A stretch of DNA of 59,378 nt from Deltaproteobacteria bacterium (GCA_011375175.1 DRME01000074.1:1-59378), one strand, 5' to 3'. Numbered from the stretch's first letter, positions 11,695 through 22,793 are shown. Numbers and translations are program-made. The notes: generated by a model not told the origin, from the letters alone.

Positions 11695-13243
11695 GGGACC
11701 TCGAAAGCTCGCTCAGAAGCGGCGGGAGCGCCTCCAGGAGGTCGGTAGCCACCAGGCCGGCCTCGTAGCCCCGGCTGGCGAGCCTCTGCGCCGCCAGGCC
11801 GTGGATGTAGGCGCCGGCGGCGGCCGCCGCTGCCGGCGCGGCCCCCTGGGCGAGCAGCGCGCCGATTATGCCCGTCAGTATGTCGCCCGTGCCGGCCGAG
11901 GCGAGGGCCGCGCTGCCCGTGGGATTGACGTAGACCTTTCCCGAAGCGGCGGCCACGACGGTGCCGGCGCCCTTGAGCACCACGACCGCGCCGGTCAGGT
12001 CCGCGAGCCTGCGGGCCGAAGCGAGCCTGTGGTCCTGGACCCCGGCGGCCGTGGTTCCGAGCAGCCTCGCGGCCTCGCCGGGATGGGGCGTGAGCACGAG
12101 CCGGGCCTCCACCTCCTTTAGACCGTCGAGCCTGCCGGCCAGCACGTTGAGGCCGTCGGCGTCGACTACCACCGGGCAGCGCGCCTCGCGGAGCAGCGCG
12201 GAGACGAAAGAGGCCGTGGCGTCGGAAGCGCCGATGCCGGGGCCTACGGCGAGCGCCGACTTGCCTTCGAGCAGGGCCCTCGCGCCGTCCGCCGACGCCT
12301 TGCAGAAGGCGCCGTCGGCGCCGGCTGCGAGGGCGCAGGTCATGACCTCGGTCGTCTTCGCCTCCATGGCCTGGGCGATGCTCTCGGGCACGGCCAGCGT
12401 CACCAGGCCCGCTCCGGCGCGCATGGCCGCAGCCGCGCTCATGTACGCCGCCCCTCCCTTGCCCGGCGAGCCGGCCGCAACGAGCAGGTGGCCGTAGGTG
12501 CCCTTGTGGGAGTCGGCCCCGCGGGGTCTCAGGACCTTCCATACGAAGTCCTCGTCCACGAGTTCGAATTCGGCCTCCCCCTCCTCGAGCACGGCCCGCG
12601 GAGCCCCGATGTCGACGACCTCGATGCGGCCCGCATGGGCGCGTCCGGGATAGACGTAGAGGCCCGTCTTGGGAAGGGCCATGGTGGCCGTCACGTCGGC
12701 GCTCACGGCCCGGCCCAGCACACGGCCCGTCGAGGCGCACAGCCCGGAGGGCACGTCCACCGAGAGCACGGGCTTGTCGAGGCCGTTTATGAGGTCGATG
12801 ACCTCGCCGTAAAAACCCTCGACGGGACTTGAAAGGCCGGTGCCGAGGACGGCGTCGATTATGAGCGTGCTCATCATGAGCGGCGAGAAGTGGCGCTTCA
12901 GCTCTTCGGTCGTGCGCACCAGATGGACTTCGCCGCCCATCCTCACCCAGCTACGGGCGTTGCGGCCGGCATCGCCTTTTATCTCGTCGATGGAGGCGAG
13001 GGAGAAGACGACGGCCGAGACGCCGCGGTTGCAGAGGTGACGGGCCGCCACGAAGCCGTCTCCACCGTTGTTGCCCTTGCCGGCGACGACCGCCACGGGC
13101 CCCCTCCCGCCGTCGAGCATGGAGACGGCCACATCGGCCACCCCGCGGCCGGCGTTCTCCATGAGCTGCAGCCCGCTCACGCCGTAGGTCTCCATGGCCC
13201 TGCGGTCCATCTCCTTCATGGTCCTTGCATCGACGAGTCTCAT
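11684..13243 (-). CDS. nnr: Bifunctional NAD(P)H-hydrate epimerase/dehydratase
   Basis: LMENAG, GKGNNGGDG, VDVPSG, HKGTYG, VVDADGL, LTPHPGEAARL, AGTGDILTG; start ATG 13243. Confidence 0.93.
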   Translation of the reverse strand: MRLVDARTMKEMDRRAMETYGVSGLQLMENAGRGVADVAVSMLDGGRGPVAVVAGKGNNGGDGFVAARHLCNRGVSAVVFSLASIDEIKGDAGRNARSWVRMGGEVHLVRTTEELKRHFSPLMMSTLIIDAVLGTGLSSPVEGFYGEVIDLINGLDKPVLSVDVPSGLCASTGRVLGRAVSADVTATMALPKTGLYVYPGRAHAGRIEVVDIGAPRAVLEEGEAEFELVDEDFVWKVLRPRGADSHKGTYGHLLVAAGSPGKGGAAYMSAAAAMRAGAGLVTLAVPESIAQAMEAKTTEVMTCALAAGADGAFCKASADGARALLEGKSALAVGPGIGASDATASFVSALLREARCPVVVDADGLNVLAGRLDGLKEVEARLVLTPHPGEAARLLGTTAAGVQDHRLASARRLADLTGAVVVLKGAGTVVAAASGKVYVNPTGSAALASAGTGDILTGIIGALLAQGAAPAAAAAAGAYIHGLAAQRLASRGYEAGLVATDLLEALPPLLSELSRSRDP

Positions 13244-13590
13244 GGCGTCCTCCCCACAATGACACTCGCAAGACTTACGCCGCCGTCGTGGCTCATCGAC
13301 AGCGACGCGGCCACACCCTCGAGACACGCCCCGACGAGCACGGGCCTGCCGAGGCCGTCGCGCCCGACCTCCACGTGCCTGAAGGGCACGGCCCTGCCCA
13401 GCGCCTTGCGCAGGGCCGCCTTGGCGGCGAAACGCGCCGAGAGAGCCGCGGCCGGACGCCTCCGGGAAAGACCGTACTCGATCTCGGCGGCCGTGAAGAG
13501 CCGCTCGAGAAGCCGCCGTCCCCGGCGCTCCATGGCCGCCTCGAAACGGCCGATATCGACCATCTCCATGCCGATGCCGACGATCTCCAC
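13240..13590 (-). CDS. acpS: Holo-ACP synthase-like protein with atypical active-site residues
   Basis: GIG..MVDI..F, RLFT..E, ARFAAK.A..KALG, G.P, SLSMSHDG; conserved position between pdxJ and nnr. Confidence 0.8.
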   Translation of the reverse strand: MEIVGIGMEMVDIGRFEAAMERRGRRLLERLFTAAEIEYGLSRRRPAAALSARFAAKAALRKALGRAVPFRHVEVGRDGLGRPVLVGACLEGVAASLSMSHDGGVSLASVIVGRTP

Positions 13591-13602
13591 AGGCGCGCAC
13601 CC

Positions 13603-13990
13603 TTAAGGAAGCTCTGATTTATTGCACCGAGGGAACCTTTTTGTAAAAAGGTTCCCTCAGACTCCCTCCAAAAACTTTTGACGCGAGTTGGTTTCCCCCT
13701 GTTTTGCCTGGCAAAACAGGGGGAAACCAACTCGTATTGAAAGTCTTTGAAGGGGGTCTGGGGGAAACTTTCTGCAGAAGGGCCATGGGCCCACGTTTCC
13801 CCCTGCCCCATCGTATGTTATCCGGCTCTTCGGCTGCACCGGGGGTTCGGTCCGCGCCGGCTGCCTCGTGGCGGCGGTCCCCGGGGGATTCGGTCCGCAA
13901 GGGCGTAAAAGACCCCGCCCGGCGCGGACCGAACCCCCCGGGGACCGCCGCCGTCTTTCGAAGATACGAAACAACGTACAGGGGGGCCGT
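13603..13990. repeat. Composite copy of modular palindromic repeat
   Basis: TTAA+GGAAGCTCTGATTTATT terminus; GAGGGAACC hairpin; GAGTTGGTTTCCCCCTGTTTTGC...GCAAAACAGGGGGAAACCAACTC hairpin; GGGGGAAAC-26nt-GTTTCCCCC; TTACGCC-loop hairpin near 13870-13950. Confidence 0.85.
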
Positions 13991-14009
13991 GGAGAACACG
14001 GCAAGGCGC

Positions 14010-14726
14010 CTACCCCTTGACGATGCGCGCCATCTCCCGCACGGCGGCCTCCATGCCCACGTATATGCTGCGCGCCACGATGCTGAAGCCTATGGCGTAG
14101 CCCGTTATCTCCCTTACGGCAAGCAGCGGCCTTACGTTCCTGAAGTCGAGGCCGTGGCCCGCGTGGACAGCGAGGCCGAGACTCGAGGCCAGCGCCGCGG
14201 CGTCGGCGATCCTCTCAAGCTCGTCCGCGTGCCCGCCGCGCCTGAAGCGTTCGGCATAGGGGCCGGTGTGTATCTCCACGCCGTCGGCGCCGAGGGCGCG
14301 CGCCCTCTCTATCATCGCGCGGTCCGCGTCGATGAAGAGGTTGACCCTGATACCCGCGTCCCGCAGGCGCGCAATGAAGGGTTTGAGCGAGTCGAAGCGT
14401 CCGTCCACGTCGAGCCCGCCCTCGGTGGTGAGCTCCGCCCTGCGCTCGGGCACCAGCGTCGCCATGTCAGGTCCCACCTCGACGGCTATGTCGCCCATCT
14501 CGTCGACGGCGGCCATCTCCAGGTTGAGCTCGGTCTTGATCGTCTCGCGCAGCAGGCGCAGGTCGCGGTCCTGGATGTGACGCCGGTCCTCGCGCAGGTG
14601 AACGGTTATGCCGTCGGCTCCGGCGAGCTCGGCCAGGTATGCGGCGGCCACCGGGTCCGGCTCCGTATCGAGCCGCGCCTGCCGGACCGTCGCCACGTGA
14701 TCGACGTTGACCGAAAGAGTCGGCAT
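14010..14726 (-). CDS. pdxJ: Pyridoxine 5'-phosphate synthase
   Basis: LSVNVDHVATVRQAR, ITVHLREDRRHIQ, TLVPERRAELTTEGGLD, HAGHGL. Confidence 0.95.
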   Translation of the reverse strand: MPTLSVNVDHVATVRQARLDTEPDPVAAAYLAELAGADGITVHLREDRRHIQDRDLRLLRETIKTELNLEMAAVDEMGDIAVEVGPDMATLVPERRAELTTEGGLDVDGRFDSLKPFIARLRDAGIRVNLFIDADRAMIERARALGADGVEIHTGPYAERFRRGGHADELERIADAAALASSLGLAVHAGHGLDFRNVRPLLAVREITGYAIGFSIVARSIYVGMEAAVREMARIVKG

Positions 14727-14727
14727 C

Positions 14728-16089
14728 TCAGCAGAGCTCCTTTCTCAGTATGTCGGCCAGCTCGGCGGCCATCGTCTCGATCTGGGCGCTGTCGCGGCCC
14801 TCGACGGTTATGCGCGCAAGGGGCTCGGTGCCCGAGTACCTTATGAAGGCGCGGCCCCGGCCCGATAGCTTCTCCCTCACTCCGTCGAGGGCCTTTTGCA
14901 GAAGCGGCATCTCTTCGAGCGGACGCTTCTTGCCGACCCTCACGTTCAGGAGCACCTGGGGATAGGGGTCGAGGATCGAGGCGAGCTCGGAGAGGGGACG
15001 GCCGGAGCGCACCATCATGGCGAGCACCTGCATGGCCGTTATGATGCCGTCGCCGGTGGTGGTGTGGTCGAAGTAGACGAGGTGGCCCGACTGCTCGCCG
15101 CCGAGGTTGTATCCGCCTCTTCGCATCTCCTCGACCACGTAGCGGTCGCCGACCCTGGTCCTCACGACCCGGCCTCCCGCGCCCTCCACGACCTCCTCGA
15201 GCGCCGAGTTGCTCATCACCGTGGCCACCACGGTCCCGTTGTTCAGCGCGCCCTCCTTGAGCATGGCCGTGGCGCTCATGGCCAGCACCCTGTCGCCGTC
15301 GACGATCTCGCCCTTCTCGTCGACCAGTATACAGCGGTCGCCGTCGCCGTCGAAGGCTATCCCTATGTGGGCGCCGCTCCTCTTCACCTCCCCGGCCAGC
15401 GTCTCGGGGTGGAGCGCGCCGCAATCGAGGTTTATGTTCTCCCCGTCGGGCTTCACGCCCCGCCGGGCCACGACGTCGGCTCCGAGCTCGGTGAAGGCCT
15501 CGGGCGCGACCTTGTATGTCGCGCCGTTGGCGCAGTCGATGGCGATGCGCAGGCCGTCGAGCGTGAGGTCCTTGGGAAAGGAATTCTTGACGAAGACGAC
15601 GTAGCGGCCTATGGCGCCGTTGACCCTGTAAGCCTTGCCCACCTCGCTCGCCGTGGGACGGTGGTTCGCCTCGTCGGTGCTGTTGAATATGAAGTCCTCT
15701 ATCTCGAGCTCGAGCTCGTCGGGCAGCTTGAAGCCGTCGCGGGAGAAGAATTTTATGCCGTTGTCCTGGTAGGGGTTGTGGGACGCCGAGATGACCACAC
15801 CGGCGTCGGCCCTCATGCTCGAGGTGATGAAGGCGATGCCCGGCGTCGGGAGCGGTCCCGTGATGTAGGCGTCCACCCCCATGGAGCAGACCCCGGCCAT
15901 GAGGCTTGCCTCGATCATGTAGCCCGAAAGCCTCGTGTCCTTGCCTATTATTATCCTGTGACGGCGCGGCTCCTTCTTGAATACATAGGCTATGGCCCGG
16001 CCCAGTTGCAGCGCCGTCTCGGCCGTCATGGGCTCGATGTTGGCAATCCCCCTCACACCGTCGGTACCGAAGAGTCTCTTTTCCGCCAT
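14728..16089 (-). CDS. glmM: Phosphoglucosamine mutase
   Basis: [45 protein letters not shown]. Confidence 0.95.
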   Translation of the reverse strand: MAEKRLFGTDGVRGIANIEPMTAETALQLGRAIAYVFKKEPRRHRIIIGKDTRLSGYMIEASLMAGVCSMGVDAYITGPLPTPGIAFITSSMRADAGVVISASHNPYQDNGIKFFSRDGFKLPDELELEIEDFIFNSTDEANHRPTASEVGKAYRVNGAIGRYVVFVKNSFPKDLTLDGLRIAIDCANGATYKVAPEAFTELGADVVARRGVKPDGENINLDCGALHPETLAGEVKRSGAHIGIAFDGDGDRCILVDEKGEIVDGDRVLAMSATAMLKEGALNNGTVVATVMSNSALEEVVEGAGGRVVRTRVGDRYVVEEMRRGGYNLGGEQSGHLVYFDHTTTGDGIITAMQVLAMMVRSGRPLSELASILDPYPQVLLNVRVGKKRPLEEMPLLQKALDGVREKLSGRGRAFIRYSGTEPLARITVEGRDSAQIETMAAELADILRKELC

Positions 16090-16129
16090 GACACCTCCCT
16101 CCCTGAAGAAACTCCGATTTATTCCGCCG

Positions 16130-16410
16130 AGGGGACCTCCCGAAAAGGGTCACGGACCCGCGGCCGCCTCAGACTCCCTCCAAGAACCTTCCGCTCACCC
16201 TTCCATCCGCCCTGGCTCTTGAGATCGCCGGAGGAGACGGGCTCCCCCGGTCCAGACAAAAAGTCTTGGGGTATCTTGCCCCCCGCCTGCCGCGGGTCGG
16301 CCCGGAGGAGGCCCGGTCCGCATATCCGAACGACAGAAGGAGCCCCTGACAGATCACCCCTGCGGAAACGCGGGGGCCTGGCCCTTCCACGGAAAGGTTC
16401 CCCCGGGGCA
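16130..16410. repeat. Degenerate copy of modular repeat
   Basis: AAAAGGGTCACGGACCC and CTCAGACTCCCTCCAA sub-motifs shared with the 6140-6197 and 44426-44485 copies. Confidence 0.5.
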
Positions 16411-16411
16411 A

Positions 16412-17665
16412 TCAAAGGCGCGCCTTCAAGGCGTCTGCGACGGCCGCAACAGCGCGCGCCTCGGCCACGTCGTGGACGCGCAGTATGCTCGCCCCAGCGA
16501 GGATGCAGGCCGCGTGGGCGGCCACCGTTCCGGTGAGCAGAGGGTCGCCGCCCCCCCCGGCTCCGGCCGCGGCCATGACCTTGCCGATAAAAGACTTTCT
16601 CGAAAGCCCCACGAGAAGCGGCAGTCCCAGGGAACGGAACTCGCCGAGCCTGCCGAGCAGATCGAGGTTGCCGTCCACGTCCTTGCCGAAGCCGATGCCC
16701 GGATCGAGGATGAGTCTCTTCGGCTCTATGCCGCTCGATACGGCGAAGGCGACGCGCTCGACGAAAAAGCGGTAGATGTCGGCCACGATGTCGCCATAGG
16801 CCGTGTTGAGCTGCATGGTCGCCGGCGTGCCCCTCATGTGCATGAGCACCACGGCGGCGCCGCTCCGCGCGCACAGGGGCGCCATGGCCTCGTCGGCCCG
16901 GAGCGCGCTTATGTCGTTTACGATCTGGACCCCCTCCTGTAGCGCCGCCCCGGCGACCTCGGCGCTCGTCGTGTCCACCGAGAGGGGCACGGTGAAGTCG
17001 GCGCGCCTTGCGAGGGCCGAGAGCACGGGCACGAGCCGCCGCTTCTGTTCGGCCGGGTCCACGGGCCGGGCGCCGGGCCGGGAGCTCTCGGCGCCGATGT
17101 CGATGATGTCGGCGCCCTCCTCGGCCATGGCCACGGCCCGCTCCACCGCCGCGTCGACGTCGGCGTAGCGGCCGCCGTCGTAGAAGGAGTCGGGCGTGAC
17201 GTTGAGGATCCCCATCACCGCCGTGCGCCGCCGGAGCTCGAGCGTCCCGCTTCGAAGCGGGACGGCGAACTCCACGCGCCCGTGGTCGTCGAGGACCGCC
17301 CTTATCTCGGACTCCAGTTCCCCAAGACCGTAGGGCTGGGAGCGGAGCTTGCGCAAAAAGAGGCTCATCTGCCTCTTCGTCCCCGAGAGCAGGGCGTCGG
17401 TGCGCTCCACGGCGCAGGAGACGACCCCCTTCGACACGGCCGCCTCGCCGCCGACGGCGAGCATCTCCTGCTTTACGATGTTGGCCTGCGCGGCGCTGAG
17501 CCCCTCGACCTTGAGGTTGTAGTGGGTCTGCTTGGGCGCCATGAGCGCCACGCCGACGGGATCGACCCCTATGCGCTCCATCTCGGAGACGAAGCCGCCG
17601 GACGCAGCCGCAGCGAGGACCCTCACGCAGAAGCGCCGAGCACCTTTGCGCCCGCCCTTTTCCAT
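16412..17665 (-). CDS. folP: Dihydropteroate synthase with about 140-aa N-terminal extension
   Basis: MGILNVTPDSFYDGG, IDIGAESSRPG, SVDT, NDIS, LMHMRG, DPGIGFGK, GLSRKSF, RVHDV. Confidence 0.93.
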   Translation of the reverse strand: MEKGGRKGARRFCVRVLAAAASGGFVSEMERIGVDPVGVALMAPKQTHYNLKVEGLSAAQANIVKQEMLAVGGEAAVSKGVVSCAVERTDALLSGTKRQMSLFLRKLRSQPYGLGELESEIRAVLDDHGRVEFAVPLRSGTLELRRRTAVMGILNVTPDSFYDGGRYADVDAAVERAVAMAEEGADIIDIGAESSRPGARPVDPAEQKRRLVPVLSALARRADFTVPLSVDTTSAEVAGAALQEGVQIVNDISALRADEAMAPLCARSGAAVVLMHMRGTPATMQLNTAYGDIVADIYRFFVERVAFAVSSGIEPKRLILDPGIGFGKDVDGNLDLLGRLGEFRSLGLPLLVGLSRKSFIGKVMAAAGAGGGGDPLLTGTVAAHAACILAGASILRVHDVAEARAVAAVADALKARL

Positions 17666-17861
17666 GGAAACGATCTCTTCCCCAAAAAAACGGTCCCGGG
17701 GGGCTCGACGCCACCGGGACCCTCAGCGTGCCGATCAGCTCTTGCGGCGCATAAGGCGCGGGGCCGCATTCCGCGCCCCCGGCGCCGCCCGGTACTCCGC
17801 CTGCGCCGGCGCGGCCGGAGACGGCGGCGGTCCGCCCGGCGGCCGCTCGGCGAAGGACCGC

Positions 17862-19811
17862 CTACTTGGCCGGCGCTCCGGCCCCGATCCCCTCGCCCGC
17901 CGGCAACCCCGGCTCGACGTCGGCCTCGTCCTTGTCGGCGAGTTTCTCCCTCGCCGCCTGTCTCGTCGTCTCCACCGCGGTCCCCTCCTCACCGTCCCCG
18001 CCTCCGGCCGCGGGGCCCTCGAGCGCTTCGCCGCGTATGAGCCTGTCTATCTCGTCGCCGTCGAGGACCTCTTTCTTCAGGAGGGCCTCGGCGAGCCTGT
18101 GGAGCGCGTCTATATTATCCTCGATGAGCTTTCTCGCCCTCTCGTAGTTCTCCATGACGAGGCTCTTCACCTCGGTGTCGATCTCCACGGCCGTCTTCTC
18201 GCTGAAGTCGCGGTGCTGGGCTATCTCGCGGCCCAGGAATATGTGCTCCTCCTTCTTGGCGAAGGCCAGGGGGCCAAGCCGCTCGCTCATCCCCCACTCG
18301 CAGACCATCTTGCGGGCGAGCTCCGTGGCGCGCTCGATATCGTTGCCGGCGCCCGTGGTCTGATGGTTGAGCACAAGCTCCTCGGCGACCCGCCCGCCCA
18401 TGAGCACGGCCAGCTTGTTGGCGAGGTACTCCTTGTTGTAGGTGTGGCGCTCGTCGACGGGGAGCTGCTGCGTAAGGCCGAGGGCCATGCCCCGCGGTAT
18501 GATGGAGACCTTGTGTATGGGATCGGTGCCCGGGATGAGCCGCGCAACGAGGGTGTGTCCCGCCTCGTGGTAGGCGGTGTTGCGCTTCTCCTCCTCGCTT
18601 ATGATCATGGACTTGCGCTCGCTGCCCATGAGTATCTTGTCCTTGGCCTCGTCGATGTCGGCCATCTCGATGCGGTCCTTGCCGCGCCGCGCCGCGAGCA
18701 GGGCCGCCTCGTTGACGAGGTTGGAGAGGTCGGCGCCCGAAAACCCGGGGGTGCCGCGGGCGATCTTCGAGAGGTCCACGTCGGGCGCAAGGGGTGTCTT
18801 GGCCGTGTGGACCCTCAGTATCTCCTCGCGCCCCTTGATGTCCGGCTTGGGCACCACGACGGTGCGGTCGAAGCGCCCGGGACGCAGAAGCGCGGGATCG
18901 AGCACGTCGGGCCGGTTCGTGGCGGCCACGATTATTACGCCCTCGTTGCTCTCGAAGCCGTCCATCTCGACGAGGAGCTGGTTGAGCGTCTGCTCGCGCT
19001 CGTCGTGGCCTCCGCCCAGCCCGGCGCCCCTGTGGCGTCCCACGGCGTCTATCTCGTCTATGAATATGATGCAGGGGGCGTTCTTCTTGCCCTGGATGAA
19101 GAGATCGCGCACCCTCGATGCGCCGACGCCGACGAACATCTCGACGAAATCGCTCCCCGATATGGTGAAAAAGGGTACGCCCGCCTCGCCGGCTATGGCC
19201 TTGGCCAGAAGCGTCTTGCCCGTGCCGGGAGGCCCCACCAGGAGCACGCCCTTCGGTATGCGGCCGCCGAGCTTGGTGAACTTCTTGGGGGCCTTGAGGA
19301 ACTCGATTATCTCCTCCACGTCCTGCTTGGCCTCCTCAACGCCAGCCACGTCCTTGAAGGTCACGCGGTGCTGCTCCTCGGTGAGAAGCCTCGCCCTCGA
19401 CTTGCCGAAACTCATGGCCTTGCCGCCGCCCGACTGCATCTGGCGCATGAAGAATATCCAGACAGCGATGAGCAGCAACATGGGGAACCAGGAGACGAAG
19501 ATCGTCCCCCAGCTCGGCGTGTCGAGCACGGGCTCGGCCTTTATCCTCACCCCCGCGGCCCGCAGACGCTTGACGAGCTCGGGGTCGTCGGGCGCAAAGG
19601 TCCTGAAACCCTTCTCGCTCTTGAGCCTGCCCCGTATGTCGCTGCCCTGGATGGTCACCTCGGCCACCTCGCCGTTCTCGACGGCCTCCATGAAGTCGCT
19701 GAAGACTATCTGCTCAAGCGGAGGCTGCTTGTAGCTGAGGAAGTTGAACATGAAGATGACCGTGACTATGATGATTAGCCACATGGCTATGTTTTTGTAA
19801 AGCTGGTTCAT
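17862..19811 (-). CDS. ftsH: ATP-dependent zinc metalloprotease FtsH
   Basis: Two TM segments, [27 protein letters not shown]. Confidence 0.96.
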   Translation of the reverse strand: MNQLYKNIAMWLIIIVTVIFMFNFLSYKQPPLEQIVFSDFMEAVENGEVAEVTIQGSDIRGRLKSEKGFRTFAPDDPELVKRLRAAGVRIKAEPVLDTPSWGTIFVSWFPMLLLIAVWIFFMRQMQSGGGKAMSFGKSRARLLTEEQHRVTFKDVAGVEEAKQDVEEIIEFLKAPKKFTKLGGRIPKGVLLVGPPGTGKTLLAKAIAGEAGVPFFTISGSDFVEMFVGVGASRVRDLFIQGKKNAPCIIFIDEIDAVGRHRGAGLGGGHDEREQTLNQLLVEMDGFESNEGVIIVAATNRPDVLDPALLRPGRFDRTVVVPKPDIKGREEILRVHTAKTPLAPDVDLSKIARGTPGFSGADLSNLVNEAALLAARRGKDRIEMADIDEAKDKILMGSERKSMIISEEEKRNTAYHEAGHTLVARLIPGTDPIHKVSIIPRGMALGLTQQLPVDERHTYNKEYLANKLAVLMGGRVAEELVLNHQTTGAGNDIERATELARKMVCEWGMSERLGPLAFAKKEEHIFLGREIAQHRDFSEKTAVEIDTEVKSLVMENYERARKLIEDNIDALHRLAEALLKKEVLDGDEIDRLIRGEALEGPAAGGGDGEEGTAVETTRQAAREKLADKDEADVEPGLPAGEGIGAGAPAK

Positions 19812-19894
19812 GGTTACCTTTCCCGGTCTTTTTCGGTTCCCGCGGCCGCCGGGGAAAACTTGCTGAAGAAGGGTCGCCCCCTATCCCTTGTGTG

Positions 19895-20160
19895 TCATTC
19901 GTGTCTTCGGCGGTCCCCGGAGGTTCGGGCCGCAAGGGCGTAAAAACCCCCGCCCGGGCGGCCCGAACCTCAGGGGACCGCCACCCGGGCGGCGGGCGGT
20001 GTCAGGAAACCCCTCCGGAGACTTTATTACTCGGGCCGATGGAGCCCGCCTCCTCCGGCGGTCGCAAGAGCCGGCGCGGCTCAAACGGCGAATAGAAAGT
20101 CCTGGAGAGAGTCCGAGGGAGCCGTGGGGCCGTGACCCTCTTTCAAGAAGCTTCCTTCAG
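19895..20160. repeat. Partial copies of modular repeat
   Basis: GGCGGTCCCCGGAGGTTCGGGCCGC-loop-GCGGCCCGAACCTCAGGGGACCGCC near 19908-19982; degenerate GAGTCCGAGGGAGCC...module at 20105-20160. Confidence 0.65.
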
Positions 20161-20242
20161 TGGAATACATCGGCCCTTTCTCATATATAAATTGATATTC
20201 TTACACAACTGGACGGCCAATACAACAGAAAAAACCTTCGCC

Positions 20243-21106
20243 TCAGCCGCCCGGAGGCCCGCCCCGCCCGGGACCGCCGCGCTCTCTCCCGCGCCCGGCC
20301 AGCGTTGCGGAGACCGAGGCGCTGTAGAGGAAGATGGCCGTCGAGTAGTAAATCCATACGAGAAGTATCATGACCGTGCCGAGCGAGCCGTAGAACTTGT
20401 TGTAGCTCGGAAAATTCGATATGTACCACTTGAAGAGCGTCTTGGCCGCCTCCCACAGCAGCGTGAAGAAGACGCTTCCCCACAGCGCGTCGACAAAACC
20501 CATGGAGCGGCCCGCTATTATCTTGAATACGGCCGCCACACTCAGCACGAGAAGCAGCGCCGGCAGGATATGGCTGAAGGTCAGACTCCTTACGAGCCAC
20601 TCCGAAAGGTCTATATCGAAGACGGTGATGTCTATCTTTCTCACCACCTCCACCAGCGCCGTCATGCCGAGGGAAAAGAGGGCCGTCACAAGGCCCACGA
20701 GGATGACGGCCATGCCCGTAAGCCTTCGCATGAGAAAGCCCCTCGCCTCGCGGACCTCGAAGATGTCGGCCAGCGAGTCCTGCATGGCCGAGAGCACGAA
20801 GTCGGCCGTCCAGACCAGCGTCAGAAGACCGACCCATCCGAAGGTGGGCGCGTTGCGCGCAAGGCCCCGCACGTCCTCCACCAGGCTGTCGCTCAGGTAG
20901 GGGAGTCCCTCGCGCACCAGCTCAATGATCCTGTCGAGGAGCCCGGCCTGCACGCCGAGTATGAAACCGAGAAAGGCGGTGAGCAGAAAGAGGATGGGTA
21001 TGAGCGAAAAGAGGGCGTAAAAGGAGATGGCGGCGGCCTTGTTGAAGCCGTCGTGGCGCCAGAACCGCTCGAAGCTGCGATGGAGGATGGAAAAGGGATT
21101 GGTCAT
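20243..21106 (-). CDS. YihY/BrkB family inner membrane protein
   Basis: AAAISFYALFSLIP and YNKFYGSLGTVMILLVWIY motifs, multiple TM helices; start ATG 21106. Confidence 0.85.
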   Translation of the reverse strand: MTNPFSILHRSFERFWRHDGFNKAAAISFYALFSLIPILFLLTAFLGFILGVQAGLLDRIIELVREGLPYLSDSLVEDVRGLARNAPTFGWVGLLTLVWTADFVLSAMQDSLADIFEVREARGFLMRRLTGMAVILVGLVTALFSLGMTALVEVVRKIDITVFDIDLSEWLVRSLTFSHILPALLLVLSVAAVFKIIAGRSMGFVDALWGSVFFTLLWEAAKTLFKWYISNFPSYNKFYGSLGTVMILLVWIYYSTAIFLYSASVSATLAGRGRERGGPGRGGPPGG

Positions 21107-21144
21107 GTCCTCTGCGGCGCGGCGCACACGACCGGCCCGGCGCG

Positions 21145-22455
21145 CTACTTCCTCATCCTGAAGTGGAGCCTCACCGGCACTTCGCCGAGGTCCAGCAGCT
21201 CCCTCAGCCTGTTTACGAGATAGCGGCGGTAGTGCTCGGCCACGCCGGCCGGGTAGTTGGCGAAGACCACGAAGGTGGGAGGCCGCACGCCGCTCTGGGT
21301 TATGTAGTAGAGCTTCACCTGCCTGCCGCGGTAGACCGGGGGACGTTTGCGCGCCGTAATCCCGGCGAAGACCTCGTTCAGGCGCGCCGTCGGCACACGT
21401 CTCGACGCAGCCTCGTCGAGCGAGGAGACGGCGTCGAGGATCGCCCCCGTCCTGCGGCCCGTCAGGGCCGAGACGAATATGATCGGGGCGAAGCCGAGAC
21501 CAGGCAGCGCCGCTCTCACCTCCCGCTCGTAACGGGCCATGGTGTGGGAGTCCTTGTCCACGAGGTCCCACTTGTTGATCACGATGAGGGCTGGCTTGCC
21601 CCTCTCGGCTATGAGCGAGCCCACCTTCGCGTCCTGGCTCTTCACCCCCTCCAGCGCGTCAATGACCAGGAGCGCAACGTCGCAGCTCTCCACCGACCGG
21701 ATGGCCGCCATGACCGCGTAGTTCTCGAGCCTGGAGCTCACCCTGCTCTTCTTCCTTATGCCAGCCGTGTCGACGATGACGAATCTGCGGCCGTGGTGGC
21801 GTATCTCCGTGTCCACGGCGTCGCGCGTGGTGCCCGGCACCTCGCTCACTATCATGCGCTCGCGGCCGGCCAGCCTGTTTAGGATCGAGGACTTTCCGGC
21901 GTTGGGCCTGCCCACGATGGCGACCTTCGTGACCGCTTCGTCCCTATCCTTGCCGCGGCGGACCGGCAACGCGGCCATCACCTCTTCGAGCAGCTCGTAC
22001 ACCCCGTCGCCGCGCTCGGCCGACACCGCCATGACCCTATCCACGCCGAGATCGTAGAACTCGGCCAGCGCCCCCTCGAGCCTCGGCGAGTCCACCTTGT
22101 TGACGGCGTAGATGACGGGCCTGTGCGTCTTTCTCAGCATGTCCACGAGCTCGCGGTCGGCCGCGGTCAACCCCTCGCGGCCGTCCATGAGAAAGATCAC
22201 GAGGTCGGCCTCCTCCACGGCAAGGCGCATCTGCTCCTTGACCTTGCCCATGATCCCGCCGGCGGCCTCCGGCTCGAAGCCCCCGGTGTCCACGAGCGTA
22301 AAGGTGCGTCCCCCCTCGCTCACATCGCCGTAATTGAGGTCCCGCGTTACACCCGGCTCGCTGCGCGTTATGGCCTTGCGCCTGCCTATGAGCCTGTTGA
22401 AGAGGGTGGACTTGCCCACGTTGGGACGGCCCACTATGGCGACAAGCGGCTTCAT
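21145..22455 (-). CDS. der: Ribosome biogenesis GTPase Der
   Basis: Two GTPase domains (GRPNVGKS, DTGG, NKVD; GRPNAGKS, DTAG, NKWD) plus KH-like C-terminus. Confidence 0.96.
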   Translation of the reverse strand: MKPLVAIVGRPNVGKSTLFNRLIGRRKAITRSEPGVTRDLNYGDVSEGGRTFTLVDTGGFEPEAAGGIMGKVKEQMRLAVEEADLVIFLMDGREGLTAADRELVDMLRKTHRPVIYAVNKVDSPRLEGALAEFYDLGVDRVMAVSAERGDGVYELLEEVMAALPVRRGKDRDEAVTKVAIVGRPNAGKSSILNRLAGRERMIVSEVPGTTRDAVDTEIRHHGRRFVIVDTAGIRKKSRVSSRLENYAVMAAIRSVESCDVALLVIDALEGVKSQDAKVGSLIAERGKPALIVINKWDLVDKDSHTMARYEREVRAALPGLGFAPIIFVSALTGRRTGAILDAVSSLDEAASRRVPTARLNEVFAGITARKRPPVYRGRQVKLYYITQSGVRPPTFVVFANYPAGVAEHYRRYLVNRLRELLDLGEVPVRLHFRMRK

Positions 22456-22552
22456 GCCGCCACCCCATGGCCTGCCCGGAAGGGAAAAAGCCGGCCAGAG
22501 AGAAAAAGAGGTCTCTTATTCACAATCACCATGAAACCCACGCGGCGCGCAC

Positions 22553-22772
22553 AGGGAAACCCTGATTAATTACCCTGGGGGAAACTTTCTGTAGAAGGGC
22601 CACAGGCCCACGTTTCCCCGCGCCCTCTCGTATCTTATTCGGATGTTCGGCGGTACCGGGGAGGTTCGGGCCGCAAAGGCGTAAAAAAATCCCGCCTGGC
22701 GCGGCCCGAACCTCCCCGGTACCGCCCCCGAGGCAGCGGGCGCGGGCAAGCCCCCCTCACGGACTTTCAATT
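22553..22772. repeat. Copy of modular palindromic repeat
   Basis: CCTGATTAATTACCCTGGGGG terminus, GGGGGAAAC-26nt-GTTTCCCC module, perfect 26-bp hairpin 22649-22726. Confidence 0.85.
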
Positions 22773-22793
22773 TGGGCTAATGGGGCCCATTAT

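Noticed and set aside
13657-14004. Short mutually similar ORFs (5883-6092, 8280-8468, 13657-14004, 13704-, 44140-44526, 44516-44761) sharing GGNQL/KVFGGSLREP peptides
   Set aside because: The similarity comes from the intergenic DNA repeat, not from a protein family.
16412-17665. FolP N-terminal extension as a novel fusion
   Set aside because: Long-form FolP with this extension is, to my knowledge, common in this lineage.
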